Assembly (NCBI GenBank): GCA_965217775.1
Contig: CBDCJH010000002.1
Coordinates: 768,001 to 832,000, forward strand
Direction of reading: 5' to 3'
Source: Acidobacteriota bacterium
GTDB lineage: Bacteria > Acidobacteriota > UBA6911 > RPQK01 > JAJDTT01
DNA length: 64,000 nt
The translations under genes were made by a program, and so were the position numbers. Below the pieces are notes generated by a model. That model was not told the origin of the DNA, ran no database searches, and saw only the letters and a program-made list of their open reading frames with translations. Of this stretch, positions 8,300 through 18,088 are shown piece after piece (position 1 is the stretch's first letter; each line of letters starts with the position of its first letter).

Positions 8300-10827
8300 T
8301 CCCGGGTGATGAGCTCGTCCAGGTTCAGGAGCACGCTGGAGAGGAGGGTCCAGGCCGCGAGTTCCTGCGGATCTTCGTCCTCCGATTCCAGGGAAAGCAA
8401 TGTTTGGGCTTCCCGCGGGCGCCGTGCCAGATCATTCCTCTGGTGGTCCAGAAAGCGCTTCAACTGAGTGCTCTCCTCCGCGCTGGGCGGTCTCGACAGG
8501 CAGACGCGGAAGGTGTAGTCGATGCGTTCCGCGTCCTGGTCCGGGCCCTCCCTGAGCACCCGGCGGGCGAGGCCTTGGGCGAACTCGTAGAAGGCCTCGT
8601 CGTTGAGCAGGGTCAGCGCCTGCAGGGGCGAGGTGGAGCGGCTCCGCCGGGTGCAGGTGGTGATTCCGTTGGGACTGTCGAAGACCATCAGGGCGGGGTG
8701 GGGGGTGGAGCGCCAGAAATGGGTGTAGAGGCCGCGTCGAAACCGATCCTCACCTTGGCTGGCCACCCAGGATCGCTTGGAATGACCCAGACGGCTGCTC
8801 CCCTGAGGTTGGGGGGGGAAGACTGGAGGCCCGCCGAGGGCCCGGTTCCAGAGTCCGCTGGCAGCCAGGCAGACATCTCGCACCACCTCCGACTCCAGGC
8901 GCAGGCGGTGTTGCCGGGCCAGTAGCCGATTCGCCGGGTCCGCCTTGGCGGCATCCTCGCGATGGCGGGAGGACTGGCGATAGGTCGCCGAGGTGACGAT
9001 CAGCCGGTGGATCGCCTTCAGGCTCCAACCCTTGCGAATCAGTTCCGAGGCCAGCCAGTCCAGGAGCGCCGGGTGGGAGGGACGGGTCCCCTGAGTTCCG
9101 AAGTCGTTCTCGGTCTCCACCAGCCCGGCGCCGAAGTAGCGTTGCCAAATGCGGTTCACGGTGACTCGGGCGGTGAGAGGATGTCCCGGGTCCACCAGCC
9201 ATCGCGCCAAGTCCATCCGGTCGGGCCTGGACTGGGCCGTCAGCGGAGGCAGGACGGCGGGCACGTCCGGTTGAACGGTATCTCCCCGGCGGGTGAACTC
9301 GCCGCCCAGATGGATGTAGGCCTCCCGGGGCTCCGGCAACTCCTTCATCACCAGGGTGCTGGGCAACTTCGGTTCGGCCTGCTTCAGGGAGTCGATGCCG
9401 GCCTTCCGGGTCGCATGGCCCAGATCCTGCTCCTTGTAGAGCAGATGGAGGGTCTTGAGCTGAATCTCGTTCCGCTCTTCGGCGGGCAGCGCCAGAATTC
9501 TCTGAATTTCGGGCGGGTACTCGCGCCGCCGCTCCGGGGCCAGTTCCTGCTCCCATTGCGGCAAACGGGCGAGAAGCTCTTTTTCGTAGGTCTGCAGCTC
9601 CTCCTCCAGGAGCCCCAACTGACTCCGGATGATGTCTCGCCGGGCGAACTCTTCGTCGCTTCCGAGCTCCAGAAAGGGCCAGTGCCGGGGCCGGTCCGTC
9701 TCTTCCAGTTCGGGGCTCCTCTCCTCGATGTTGTTGAAGAAGGAGTAGAGCTGGAAGAATTCCTGCTGAGAGACGGAATCGTACTTGTGGTCATGGCAGC
9801 GGGCGCAACCGACGGTCAGACCCAGAAAAGCGGCTCCGGTGGTCGCGACCCGGTCCACGACGCGCTCGACGCGATATTGCTCCACGTCGATGCCCCCCTC
9901 CTGGTTCAGGAGCGTATTCCGGTGGAATCCGGTGGCGACGATCTGTTCCTTGGAAGCATCCGGAATCAGGTCGCCCGCCAACTGCTGGATGGTGAACCGG
10001 TCGAACGGCAGATCGCGATTCAGGGACCGGACCACCCAGTCGCGGTACATCCAGATCTGACGGGATCCGTCGGAGAATCCGTCCGAGTCGGCGTAGCGGG
10101 CCACGTCCAGCCAGTGCCGGCCCCACCGCTCTCCATAGTGGGGTGAGGCGAGCAGGCGTTCCACGAGCCGCTCGTAGGCGCCGGGGCGAGTGTCCTCCAG
10201 GAAACGGTCGACGGCGGCCGGTGAGGGAGGCAGACCCAGGAGATCCAGGCTGAGGCGGCGCAACAGCGTGATCCGGGAGGCTTCCGGGGACGGTTCCAGA
10301 CCCTCCGCCTCCAACCGCTGCAAGATGAACCGGTCGATGGGAGTGCGGACCCACCGCGCATCGGACACCTGGGGCGGCGCGGGACGCCGGACGGGTTGGA
10401 AGGACCAGTGACCGCCCTTGCCGGAATCGCCCGGCTCGTCCCAAGGTGCTCCCAGGGCCACCCATTGACGCAGTGCGCGGATCTCCGCCTGGGGCAGCTT
10501 TCCGCCCGGAGGCATATTCAGATCGGACGAATGAGCCAACGCCTGGATCAGCCGGCTCCGCTCCGAGTCTCCGGGCAGAACGGCGGGACCCCGGCTTCCC
10601 CCCGTCAGGATCTCCGAGCGGCTCTCGATCGAAAGTCCGCTGCTGCGAACCTTCTGGTTATGGCAGGACAGACAGCGGTTCTGGAGTATCGGCTGGACCG
10701 TCTCCCGGAAGAGCAGCGACCCGTCGGCCGTTGCGTCTTCCCCGAGCTGGCCCATCAGAGGACAGACGGCCAGGATCAGGGTGAGGAGGGTGCCGGATCG
10801 ACCTTTCATGATGGGAGCCAGCGCCAT
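8296..10827 (-). CDS. PSD1/planctomycete cytochrome c protein (DUF1549+DUF1553)
   Basis: CLSCH, HWSF, ERWGRHWLDVARYADS, CARCHDHKYD, PLQALTLLN, LLNLDELITRE. Confidence 0.9.
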   Translation of the reverse strand: MALAPIMKGRSGTLLTLILAVCPLMGQLGEDATADGSLLFRETVQPILQNRCLSCHNQKVRSSGLSIESRSEILTGGSRGPAVLPGDSERSRLIQALAHSSDLNMPPGGKLPQAEIRALRQWVALGAPWDEPGDSGKGGHWSFQPVRRPAPPQVSDARWVRTPIDRFILQRLEAEGLEPSPEASRITLLRRLSLDLLGLPPSPAAVDRFLEDTRPGAYERLVERLLASPHYGERWGRHWLDVARYADSDGFSDGSRQIWMYRDWVVRSLNRDLPFDRFTIQQLAGDLIPDASKEQIVATGFHRNTLLNQEGGIDVEQYRVERVVDRVATTGAAFLGLTVGCARCHDHKYDSVSQQEFFQLYSFFNNIEERSPELEETDRPRHWPFLELGSDEEFARRDIIRSQLGLLEEELQTYEKELLARLPQWEQELAPERRREYPPEIQRILALPAEERNEIQLKTLHLLYKEQDLGHATRKAGIDSLKQAEPKLPSTLVMKELPEPREAYIHLGGEFTRRGDTVQPDVPAVLPPLTAQSRPDRMDLARWLVDPGHPLTARVTVNRIWQRYFGAGLVETENDFGTQGTRPSHPALLDWLASELIRKGWSLKAIHRLIVTSATYRQSSRHREDAAKADPANRLLARQHRLRLESEVVRDVCLAASGLWNRALGGPPVFPPQPQGSSRLGHSKRSWVASQGEDRFRRGLYTHFWRSTPHPALMVFDSPNGITTCTRRSRSTSPLQALTLLNDEAFYEFAQGLARRVLREGPDQDAERIDYTFRVCLSRPPSAEESTQLKRFLDHQRNDLARRPREAQTLLSLESEDEDPQELAAWTLLSSVLLNLDELITRE

Positions 10828-10938
10828 TTTGGGCCAAGGCGGTGCCGTCTGGCAAGAATCCGTGTGGATCCGGTACCTGGGTGAAGGCCAGGACGTTCTC
10901 TCCAGGCCGCTTTCCCACGCGAATCCTGAGACATCCCA

Positions 10939-12120
10939 TCAGGACGGGTGTTTTTCCAATACTAGCCGGTAGCACTGCAACCAGTTGCGCAGGAAGCAGT
11001 GCGCCGATCCCCACAGGTAGAGTCGAAAACGCCGGTATTCGGCCTCGCCGAATTTCTCGATGATGGATTCCTTATTGGAGTCGAGGCGCTTGGCCCAACC
11101 GACGCAAGTCCAGTAGTAGCTGATCCGGTCGTCCCAGACACCCTTCAAATCGAACGGAAAAGACGCCATCGACTTCAGAAAATCGTGGAGCACGAGAAAC
11201 GAATTATTGCCAGGGTAGATCTGCCGCGTAATGAACGACGACATCTCGTACTTCCGGCTACAGGCGCCGGCGTCGATAAAGACCCGGCCGCCCGGTTTCA
11301 GCAACCGGTCAATGCGCGCCAATACCCGCGGGTAGTCGGGCATGTGCTCCATGATTCCCAGCACCACGACGGCGTCGAACTGTTTCTCCGACTCGAACTC
11401 CAGGAAATCGCACATCAACGTGGTTATCGGCAGATTCTCCTCGGCGGTCAGCCGATTCATGAAATCGAGCGAATGCCTGGAAATCGTGACGCCCGTAATT
11501 TCGATCCCCTTGCGCGCCGCGTACGCCGCGAATGCGCCCCAGCCAGGACCGACTTCCAGCACCTGGCTGCCGGGAGCCAATCGGCATTCTTCGACGACAC
11601 AATCCATCTTTCGACGAAACGCCACCTCGAGGTCCTCGTCCGGCGACAGGAAGACGCCCTGGGTGTAGCAATGGAAACTCTCGTCCAGGAAAGTCAGAAA
11701 GAACTCCGAATCCCGCTCGTAGTGCCGGACGATGGTCGACTTGTTGACTGCGACCTGTCCCATTAATAGGGGTGCGATGAACCGCCAGAGCCAATGCAAG
11801 GGGTGCCGGTCATGCAACTGCTCACGTAGATCGAAGATCTTGATGAAGTCGCCCTCGACGTCGAACCTGCCGTCGACATAGGCCTGTCCAATCGTTCCCT
11901 CGTCGAGCGAGGCGATCGCCTTCAACGCCGACGGATGCGTGATGTTCACCCTGAAGCTGGCGGGACCGGCGCCGAAACGGTGTGTATTCCTGTCATGGGT
12001 GGTCATCTCGAAACCGATGGCGCTGTCTTGCAACCGTCTCTGCATGTACTTCAATAACCAGGCATTTCTGCGAGATCCGGCGAATGGCGCCGCGCCTGCC
12101 GCTGATACGTCCGTTGTCAT
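10939..12120 (-). CDS. Cyclopropane-fatty-acyl-phospholipid synthase-like SAM methyltransferase
   Basis: HYE, VLEVGPGWG, MEHM, IYPG and FRLYL motifs. Confidence 0.8.
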   Translation of the reverse strand: MTTDVSAAGAAPFAGSRRNAWLLKYMQRRLQDSAIGFEMTTHDRNTHRFGAGPASFRVNITHPSALKAIASLDEGTIGQAYVDGRFDVEGDFIKIFDLREQLHDRHPLHWLWRFIAPLLMGQVAVNKSTIVRHYERDSEFFLTFLDESFHCYTQGVFLSPDEDLEVAFRRKMDCVVEECRLAPGSQVLEVGPGWGAFAAYAARKGIEITGVTISRHSLDFMNRLTAEENLPITTLMCDFLEFESEKQFDAVVVLGIMEHMPDYPRVLARIDRLLKPGGRVFIDAGACSRKYEMSSFITRQIYPGNNSFLVLHDFLKSMASFPFDLKGVWDDRISYYWTCVGWAKRLDSNKESIIEKFGEAEYRRFRLYLWGSAHCFLRNWLQCYRLVLEKHPS

Positions 12121-12129
12121 GATGAACCT

Positions 12130-12465
12130 CTATTCTCCGTACATCTCCGTGATAATGCGCCGGAGCTGGCCCGCTTCCCCGGCGGACAACCGGTCGAGCC
12201 TGTTCCCCAGTCGCTGTTTGCTGATGGCCCGGATCTGGTCGACTGCAATTTCAGCCCTCTTTCCCTCATATCTAATCTGTAGGCGGCTCCGCCACTGAGG
12301 AGGTAGTGTGGAAGTCAGAGGACACACGACAATCTTATCCAGAAACTGATTCAATTGGTTTTGACTAACCACCACGACGGGCCGCACCTTGCGGATCTCG
12401 CCACCCAGTGTGGGATTGAGGGCGGCAAAGAAGATGCCGTATCGCCTGGGAAAGCTCGCCGTCAA
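12130..12465 (-). CDS. MazF/PemK family toxin
   Basis: LNPTLGGEIRKVRPVVVVS, VCPLTS, DQIRAISKQRL. Confidence 0.85.
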   Translation of the reverse strand: MTASFPRRYGIFFAALNPTLGGEIRKVRPVVVVSQNQLNQFLDKIVVCPLTSTLPPQWRSRLQIRYEGKRAEIAVDQIRAISKQRLGNRLDRLSAGEAGQLRRIITEMYGE

Positions 12466-12717
12466 TCCAGACCGTCAGCGACAGTTGAGTCCAGATCACT
12501 CCAATCTTCATCATCGCGAGCCATGGCGCGATAGGTGTCCTCCCAGGACAGCTTGTTCCCTTCTTTGCCATGCAGCACGATGCCGTCCTCCCTTTCCTCC
12601 AGGATGAGCGAGCCGCTCCACCCGTATTTTTCGCAACAGTACTTTTGGAAGGCGGATGCCCTGGGAGTTGCCGATGGCGATCAATTTCACCTCTCTTGCG
12701 ACTGCTGCTCTGCTCAA
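12462..12717 (-). pseudogene. AbrB/MazE antitoxin with a +1 frameshift
   Basis: KLIAIGNSQGIRLPK. Removing one base from the T5 run at 12627-12631 restores ...KYGWSGSLILEEREDGIVL...ADGLD-stop overlapping the toxin start. Confidence 0.75.
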
Positions 12718-12903
12718 TTTCGCGACCTCCGTCGAGTCGTGGCGGCAGGGACTTACAGTAATTACTTGTATGAATTCTGTCTAACCTTCAGGTTGCAGGA
12801 TTTTCCCATTTTTCTGGCAGTTCGGGAGAACAGGGGAAGCAGCGTTAGACGAGGATCGCGACGAAGCGGTCCCAATCCCGTGCTCCGGCCTCACCGGAGC
12901 GAC

Positions 12904-12985
12904 GTGGGGGCACCCCTGAGGGTGCCCGCTTACGTCCCAACCTCCGTGGCTGGCGGAGTAGGGCGACCACAAGGTGTCGCCCTAC
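12904..12985. repeat. GTAG-type REP doublet
   Basis: GTGGGGGCACCCCTGAGGGTGCCC ... GGGCGACCACAAGGTGTCGCCCTAC palindromes; lies where the PIN ORF stops resembling its family. Confidence 0.6.
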
Positions 12986-13280
12986 TCCCATGCATGGAAA
13001 ATTCGACCGACTCCACCAATTCAGTCAGAAACCGATCCAGCTCGTCGTCTGCTCGGCCGTGCAATCGGGTGATTCGGGGACGCCGCAATACGGTCGAGTC
13101 TTCCGCGAGCAGCGCGCTTGACATCAGATAAAGAAGATCGCCATCCAGCATGGCGTCCAGGATACGTGTGGGGGGGCTGTTGGGGTCGGCTCCGATGAGC
13201 CCGGACACGATGACGCTGGTGTCCACGACGAAGACCTGCCTTGCCGTCGGATCTGTTGGGCCCCGCGCACCTGCCCGCAT
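12930..13280 (-). pseudogene. PIN-domain toxin, C-terminally truncated
   Basis: FVVDTSVIVSGL...SSALLAE..VLRRP; the C-terminal acidic motif is absent and the frame runs into the REP. Confidence 0.65.
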
Positions 13281-13292
13281 GCACTGACTCAG

Positions 13293-13532
13293 CTATCGTC
13301 CTTCGCGGTGAAGCCGAGTTTCCTTCACCGCCACGATCGTTGCCTCCTCATCTTTCAGTCTGGAATGAGCCCGTGCCCTGGCGACAATCTCTCTGGCGGT
13401 GTCGTAAGTCTGAAGGCCCCGAAGTACCAGGCTTTCTTCGATGATTGAACCCATGGAACGCTGCTGGCGTGCGGCGGCTTCCTTTAACGCGCGGTGGGTG
13501 CGGTCGGTGAGGCTGATGGTCAGTCGGGGCAT
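13293..13532 (-). CDS. CopG/ribbon-helix-helix antitoxin
   Basis: MPRLTISLTDRTHRALKEAAARQQRSMGSIIEESL, upstream of the PIN gene. Confidence 0.75.
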   Translation of the reverse strand: MPRLTISLTDRTHRALKEAAARQQRSMGSIIEESLVLRGLQTYDTAREIVARARAHSRLKDEEATIVAVKETRLHREGR

Positions 13533-13625
13533 ATTTTGGTCTGCATACTTACGGTGTGATGAGTGAACACTTTCACACAATTATACCAACATCCGTGGTG
13601 ACATCTACCCGACGTCATCTTCGGC

Positions 13626-13791
13626 TTAACAGTCCGTGGTGAAAGTCCCGCGAGCACCGAGACCGTTCCTGCGCCCGCCGGACAAGGCGCGATTCGGGTG
13701 CATACCGGGAGTATGTGCCCGAATCGCAACGCCGTCCGCCGGGATGCAGGGACGGTCGAATGCCGTGATGACTTTTGCCACGGGCTGTTAA
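13626..13791. mobile_element. ~165-bp MITE, copy 1
   Basis: TTAA-CAGTCCGTGGTGAAAGTC ... GACTTTTGCCACGGGCTG-TTAA terminal IRs; inverted homolog at 57915-58081. Confidence 0.85.
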
Positions 13792-13887
13792 GGCTGAAAG
13801 CACGATGAAAAAGCCATCCTCGGTGCTACTGGTTCGTCGTCCAAGAGAATTCGATCCTTCCGGCGGAGGACACCCGGATCTGCGACA

Positions 13888-15414
13888 ATGCTCCACTCTG
13901 GAGGCAAGTTCATGAGAACAGGACCGATAGTCATCATTCTCGCTGCTCTGTTGTTTGGTTCGACGGCGTCGTTGACCGGCAGCAGCCACAAGACGGCGGC
14001 CGACCCCATCGAGATCGGCTCCCGCCTGGAGCCCTTCGTCGACGACTTTCTGATCGAGAGCATGAGCGGCGGCCTCTCCCTGCGCCTGCACCGGCCCCGG
14101 CTTACCGAGCCGGTTCTAAAGTTCGATGCCCCCTGGGAAGGACCGGGCAATCACTACATCACCGTCTTCAAGGATGGGGACCTCTACCGCATGTACTACC
14201 GGTGCGTGCGGGCCGGAGACATGCCGGCCAGCGGCAAGGGGTGGCCCATGAACACGTGTTATGCCGAGAGCCGCGACGGCACCCGTTGGACCCGGCCCAA
14301 GCTGGGTCTGGTCGAATTCGAGGGGAGCAAGGAGAACAACATCATCCTGACCGGGCCCCCAGGGGACTGGGGCAGCCCCACCAGCAACTTCTTCGCCTTT
14401 CGGGACACCAATCCGCAAGTGGCGCCGGAGGAACTCTACAAGGGAGTCGGGGGCATCAACCGCGGGCTCTACCTGCTCGTTTCCGCCGACGGGATCCACT
14501 GGAAGGCCAAGGGCAGCGGACCCTTCATGAAGCACGACATGTCCACGGTCCCCATGATCAACGGGTTCGACAGCCACAACGTGATCTTCTGGGACGCCGG
14601 ACGGGAGCGTTACCAGGCCTATCTGCGGGACATGTACCTGTCGCCGGGGCTCGGCGAGCGGACCCGCAGCGTCCGGGTGACGACCTCCGACGACTTCGTC
14701 AACTGGAGTTACCCCGATTGGATCGACATGGGAGAGGCGCCGCCGGATCAGCTCTACACCTTCTCCGCGACCCCTTACTTCAGGGCGCCGCACATCTATA
14801 TGGCCTTTCCCAAGCGATTGATGAAGTACCGCCGTTCCGAGCTGCCCGAAAAATACGATGCAACGCGTGGAGTCGGCCTCTCCGATACCGTGTTCATGTT
14901 CAGCCGCGGCGGCGCGAACTGGGACCGGCGCTATCTGGAGGGCTTCGTCCGTCCCGGATCGGATCCCCTCGACTGGACCGACCGGAGCAACTACGTGGCC
15001 GCCGGGCTGGTGCCCACCGGGTCCGATGAGATGTCCGTGTATGTCCTGCGGCATTTCCGGCTCCCCAGCATCCACCTGCGCCGGGGAGTCCTGCGCGCCG
15101 ACGGCTTCGTCTCCGTCAACGCTTCCTACCGGGGCGGGGAACTGGTGACGCGGCCCCTGGTCTTCCAAGGCAAGAACCTGATCGTGAACTACGCCACTTC
15201 CGCGGCGGGAAGCGTTCGAGTGGAGATTCAGGACGAGGCGGGAAATCCCTTGCCCGGATACGGTCTGATGCAGGCCGTGGAGCATTACGGAAACAGCATC
15301 GAGCAGGTCGTCACCTGGGACCGGGGTTCGGACCTGTCCCATCTGGCCGGCAGCCCCGTACGGCTGCGGATTCTGATCCGGGACGGCGATCTCTATTCGA
15401 TTCGCTTCAAGTGA
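13888..15414 (+). CDS. Secreted beta-propeller glycoside-hydrolase-like protein
   Basis: Signal peptide; YAESRDG..W, SADGIHW and TSDDFVNW repeats; LRADGFVS; C-terminal DLYSIRF. Confidence 0.65.
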   Translation: MLHSGGKFMRTGPIVIILAALLFGSTASLTGSSHKTAADPIEIGSRLEPFVDDFLIESMSGGLSLRLHRPRLTEPVLKFDAPWEGPGNHYITVFKDGDLYRMYYRCVRAGDMPASGKGWPMNTCYAESRDGTRWTRPKLGLVEFEGSKENNIILTGPPGDWGSPTSNFFAFRDTNPQVAPEELYKGVGGINRGLYLLVSADGIHWKAKGSGPFMKHDMSTVPMINGFDSHNVIFWDAGRERYQAYLRDMYLSPGLGERTRSVRVTTSDDFVNWSYPDWIDMGEAPPDQLYTFSATPYFRAPHIYMAFPKRLMKYRRSELPEKYDATRGVGLSDTVFMFSRGGANWDRRYLEGFVRPGSDPLDWTDRSNYVAAGLVPTGSDEMSVYVLRHFRLPSIHLRRGVLRADGFVSVNASYRGGELVTRPLVFQGKNLIVNYATSAAGSVRVEIQDEAGNPLPGYGLMQAVEHYGNSIEQVVTWDRGSDLSHLAGSPVRLRILIRDGDLYSIRFK

Positions 15415-15489
15415 CGTCATGAAGGTCTTGTCGCGGTTGACTTTTGACGATGAATCCATGTAGGAACTAGCTCAGTCGGGAATAGTCTC

Positions 15490-18084
15490 TTGAAGCATTT
15501 CAACCTCCTAGTTCTGGTCTTTTCCTTGCTGTCGTTCGGTCTGGCGGCACCACAATCGTCCGACCTGCCGCCGCCAGCCGAAAAGACCGTCGATTTTTCC
15601 AGGGACGTTGCGCCGTTGCTGGAGAGTCGCTGCCATCTCTGTCACGGCCCGCAACAGCAGATGAAGGGTCTGCGGCTGGACCGGGCCGAGGACGCCCTGC
15701 GGGGAGGCGAGTCAGGCACTGTGATTCGACCCGGCGACAGTGCCGGGAGCCGGCTCATCCAGCTCGTCGCCGGCGTGATCCCGGGTCAGGTCATGCCACC
15801 TGGAGGGACTGGACTCACTTCCGGCGAGGTCGGACTCCTGCGCGCCTGGATCGATCAGGGTGCCCGCTGGACGGAGCTGGAGGCCGACGCGGACGCGGAT
15901 CCGGATACGAGAGCCGAGTCTTCACACTGGGCATTCCGGACCCTGGTTCGGCCGGTTCCGCCGGCGGTGAAAGACTCGTCCTGGATCCGGCATCCGGTGG
16001 ATCGGTTCGTCCTGGCCAAATTGGAAGCCGAGGGCGTCGAGCCTTCACCGGAGGCGGACCAGGCGACCCTCCTGCGGCGCCTCAGCCTGGACCTCACCGG
16101 GCTCCCTCCCACGCTCGGCGATCTGGACGGGTTTCTGGCGGAGGAGAACGAGACAGCCTATGAGACTGCCGTCGACCGCCTTCTGGAGTCGTCCCACTTC
16201 GGCGAGAAATGGGCACGCCATTGGCTGGACTTGGCCCGGTATTCCGACAGCGACGGTTACCGCCAGGACGACTTCCGGGCCCATGCCTGGCGCTATCGCC
16301 ACTGGGTCATCCAAGCCCTGAATAAGGACCTGCCCTTCGATCGCTTCACCCTGGAGCAGATCGCCGGGGACCTTCTCCCGGACGGCGGAATCGAGTCCAA
16401 GGTGGCCACGGGGTTTCACCGCAACACGCCCAGCAACCGGGAAGGCGGAACCAACATGGTGCGGTTCCGCTTCGAGCAGGTGGTCAACCGGATCAACACC
16501 GTGGGGACGGTCTGGTTGGGACTCACGGTGGGATGTGCTCAATGCCACGATCACAAGTACGATCCCTTGAGCCAGCAGGATTATTACCGGCTTTTCTCCT
16601 TCTTCAATGACGCGGAAGAGGTGAACATCGATGCTCCTTTGCCGGGGGAGATGGGCCCCTATCTGCGGGAAGTGGTTTCGTATCGGAAGCAACGAGCCGA
16701 GTTGCTGGCCGAATACCGCGTCCCCGAGCTCCAGCCGGCGTGGGAGGCCAAGCTGCTGGAGGCCATGGCCCATCCAGGCCGGTGGCAGAACTGGGACAAG
16801 GCAGTGGGGACGGTCCGAGTCGGCGACATGCACCCGGTGTACGGGATGGGGGAGAAGATCCTCCGAAAGGACCCGTCGGAACGGAGCGAGAAGGAAGCCA
16901 AGATCATCACCGAGCACTTCGTTCGGTACTCCAGCCAAGTGGTGCCCAAGAAGGTCTACGAGGAGAAGCTCAAGTTTGGAGAGTTGCTGAAGAAGCTCAA
17001 GGAGCTGGACGCCAAGTTTCCGGCTCTGAGCCAGGCCCAGACCATTGCCACCGAGGCGGAGGGCCGTGCCAACCATATCCACGTCCGCGGCGAGTTCAAC
17101 CGCACGGGGGAACCGGTCGAGCCCGGAGTGCCCGGATTTCTGCACCCGGAGCCCGACAATGCCTCCCGGCCCAGGATCCGGCTGGCCAAGTGGATCACCA
17201 GTCCCGAGAATCCCCTCACGGCCAGAGTGGCGGTGAACCGCCTCTGGCAGGAGCTGTTCGGACGGGGAATCGTTGTCACCACAGAGAACTTCGGGACGCA
17301 GGGTGAGAAACCGTCCCATCCCGAACTTCTGGACTGGCTCGCCAGGGATTTCCGCGAGAACGGCTGGAGCCTGAAGGGCGCCATCAAGACCATGGTCATG
17401 TCCGCCGCCTACCGGCAGTCCTCGGCGGTCCGGCCGGACCTTCAGGCGCGGGACCCGGACAACGTCCTGCTGGCGCGCCAGGTGAGGATGCGTTTGCCGG
17501 CGGAGTTGATCAGAGATTCGGCTCTCGCGGTGAGCGGTCTGTTGAATCCTGCCGTAGGGGGAAAGAGCGTTCGTCCGCCCCAGCCCGGGGGGAAGATGCA
17601 GCGGAGGAAGTGGGTGGAGAGCGAGGGGCAGGACCGCTACCGCCGCGGCCTCTACATCCAGTACCAGCGCATGTTCCCCTATCCGTTCCTGGCCAACTTC
17701 GACATGCCGGGCGGTTATGACGCCGTGTGTCGCCGGGGCCGGTCCAACTCTCCGTTGCAGGCATTGAATCTGCTCAACGACGAGGTTTTCTTCGAAGCCG
17801 CACAGGCGCTGGCGTTCCGGATTCTGGCGGAAGGACCCGCCGACCCTCGGGAGCGCCTGGAGCACGCCTTTCGGCTCTGTCTTGCCCGATCACCGGCCTC
17901 CGAGGAACTGGAGTGGTTGGAAACGGCCATGCGCCGCCAGTCAGAGATTCTGGAGCAGGAGCAGGAGCTGGCGCGGTTGAGCCTGCCCGTGGAGTTTCCC
18001 GGAATCGCTCCGGAAGAGGCGGCCTCCTGGGTCGGCGCCAGCCGGATTCTCTTGAACCTGGACGAGTTCATCACGCGGGAGTAG
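15490..18084 (+). CDS. PSD1/planctomycete cytochrome c protein (DUF1549+DUF1553)
   Basis: CHLCH, HWAF, CAQCHDHKYD, LNLDEFITRE. Confidence 0.9.
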   Translation: MKHFNLLVLVFSLLSFGLAAPQSSDLPPPAEKTVDFSRDVAPLLESRCHLCHGPQQQMKGLRLDRAEDALRGGESGTVIRPGDSAGSRLIQLVAGVIPGQVMPPGGTGLTSGEVGLLRAWIDQGARWTELEADADADPDTRAESSHWAFRTLVRPVPPAVKDSSWIRHPVDRFVLAKLEAEGVEPSPEADQATLLRRLSLDLTGLPPTLGDLDGFLAEENETAYETAVDRLLESSHFGEKWARHWLDLARYSDSDGYRQDDFRAHAWRYRHWVIQALNKDLPFDRFTLEQIAGDLLPDGGIESKVATGFHRNTPSNREGGTNMVRFRFEQVVNRINTVGTVWLGLTVGCAQCHDHKYDPLSQQDYYRLFSFFNDAEEVNIDAPLPGEMGPYLREVVSYRKQRAELLAEYRVPELQPAWEAKLLEAMAHPGRWQNWDKAVGTVRVGDMHPVYGMGEKILRKDPSERSEKEAKIITEHFVRYSSQVVPKKVYEEKLKFGELLKKLKELDAKFPALSQAQTIATEAEGRANHIHVRGEFNRTGEPVEPGVPGFLHPEPDNASRPRIRLAKWITSPENPLTARVAVNRLWQELFGRGIVVTTENFGTQGEKPSHPELLDWLARDFRENGWSLKGAIKTMVMSAAYRQSSAVRPDLQARDPDNVLLARQVRMRLPAELIRDSALAVSGLLNPAVGGKSVRPPQPGGKMQRRKWVESEGQDRYRRGLYIQYQRMFPYPFLANFDMPGGYDAVCRRGRSNSPLQALNLLNDEVFFEAAQALAFRILAEGPADPRERLEHAFRLCLARSPASEELEWLETAMRRQSEILEQEQELARLSLPVEFPGIAPEEAASWVGASRILLNLDEFITRE

Positions 18085-18088
18085 TCTC

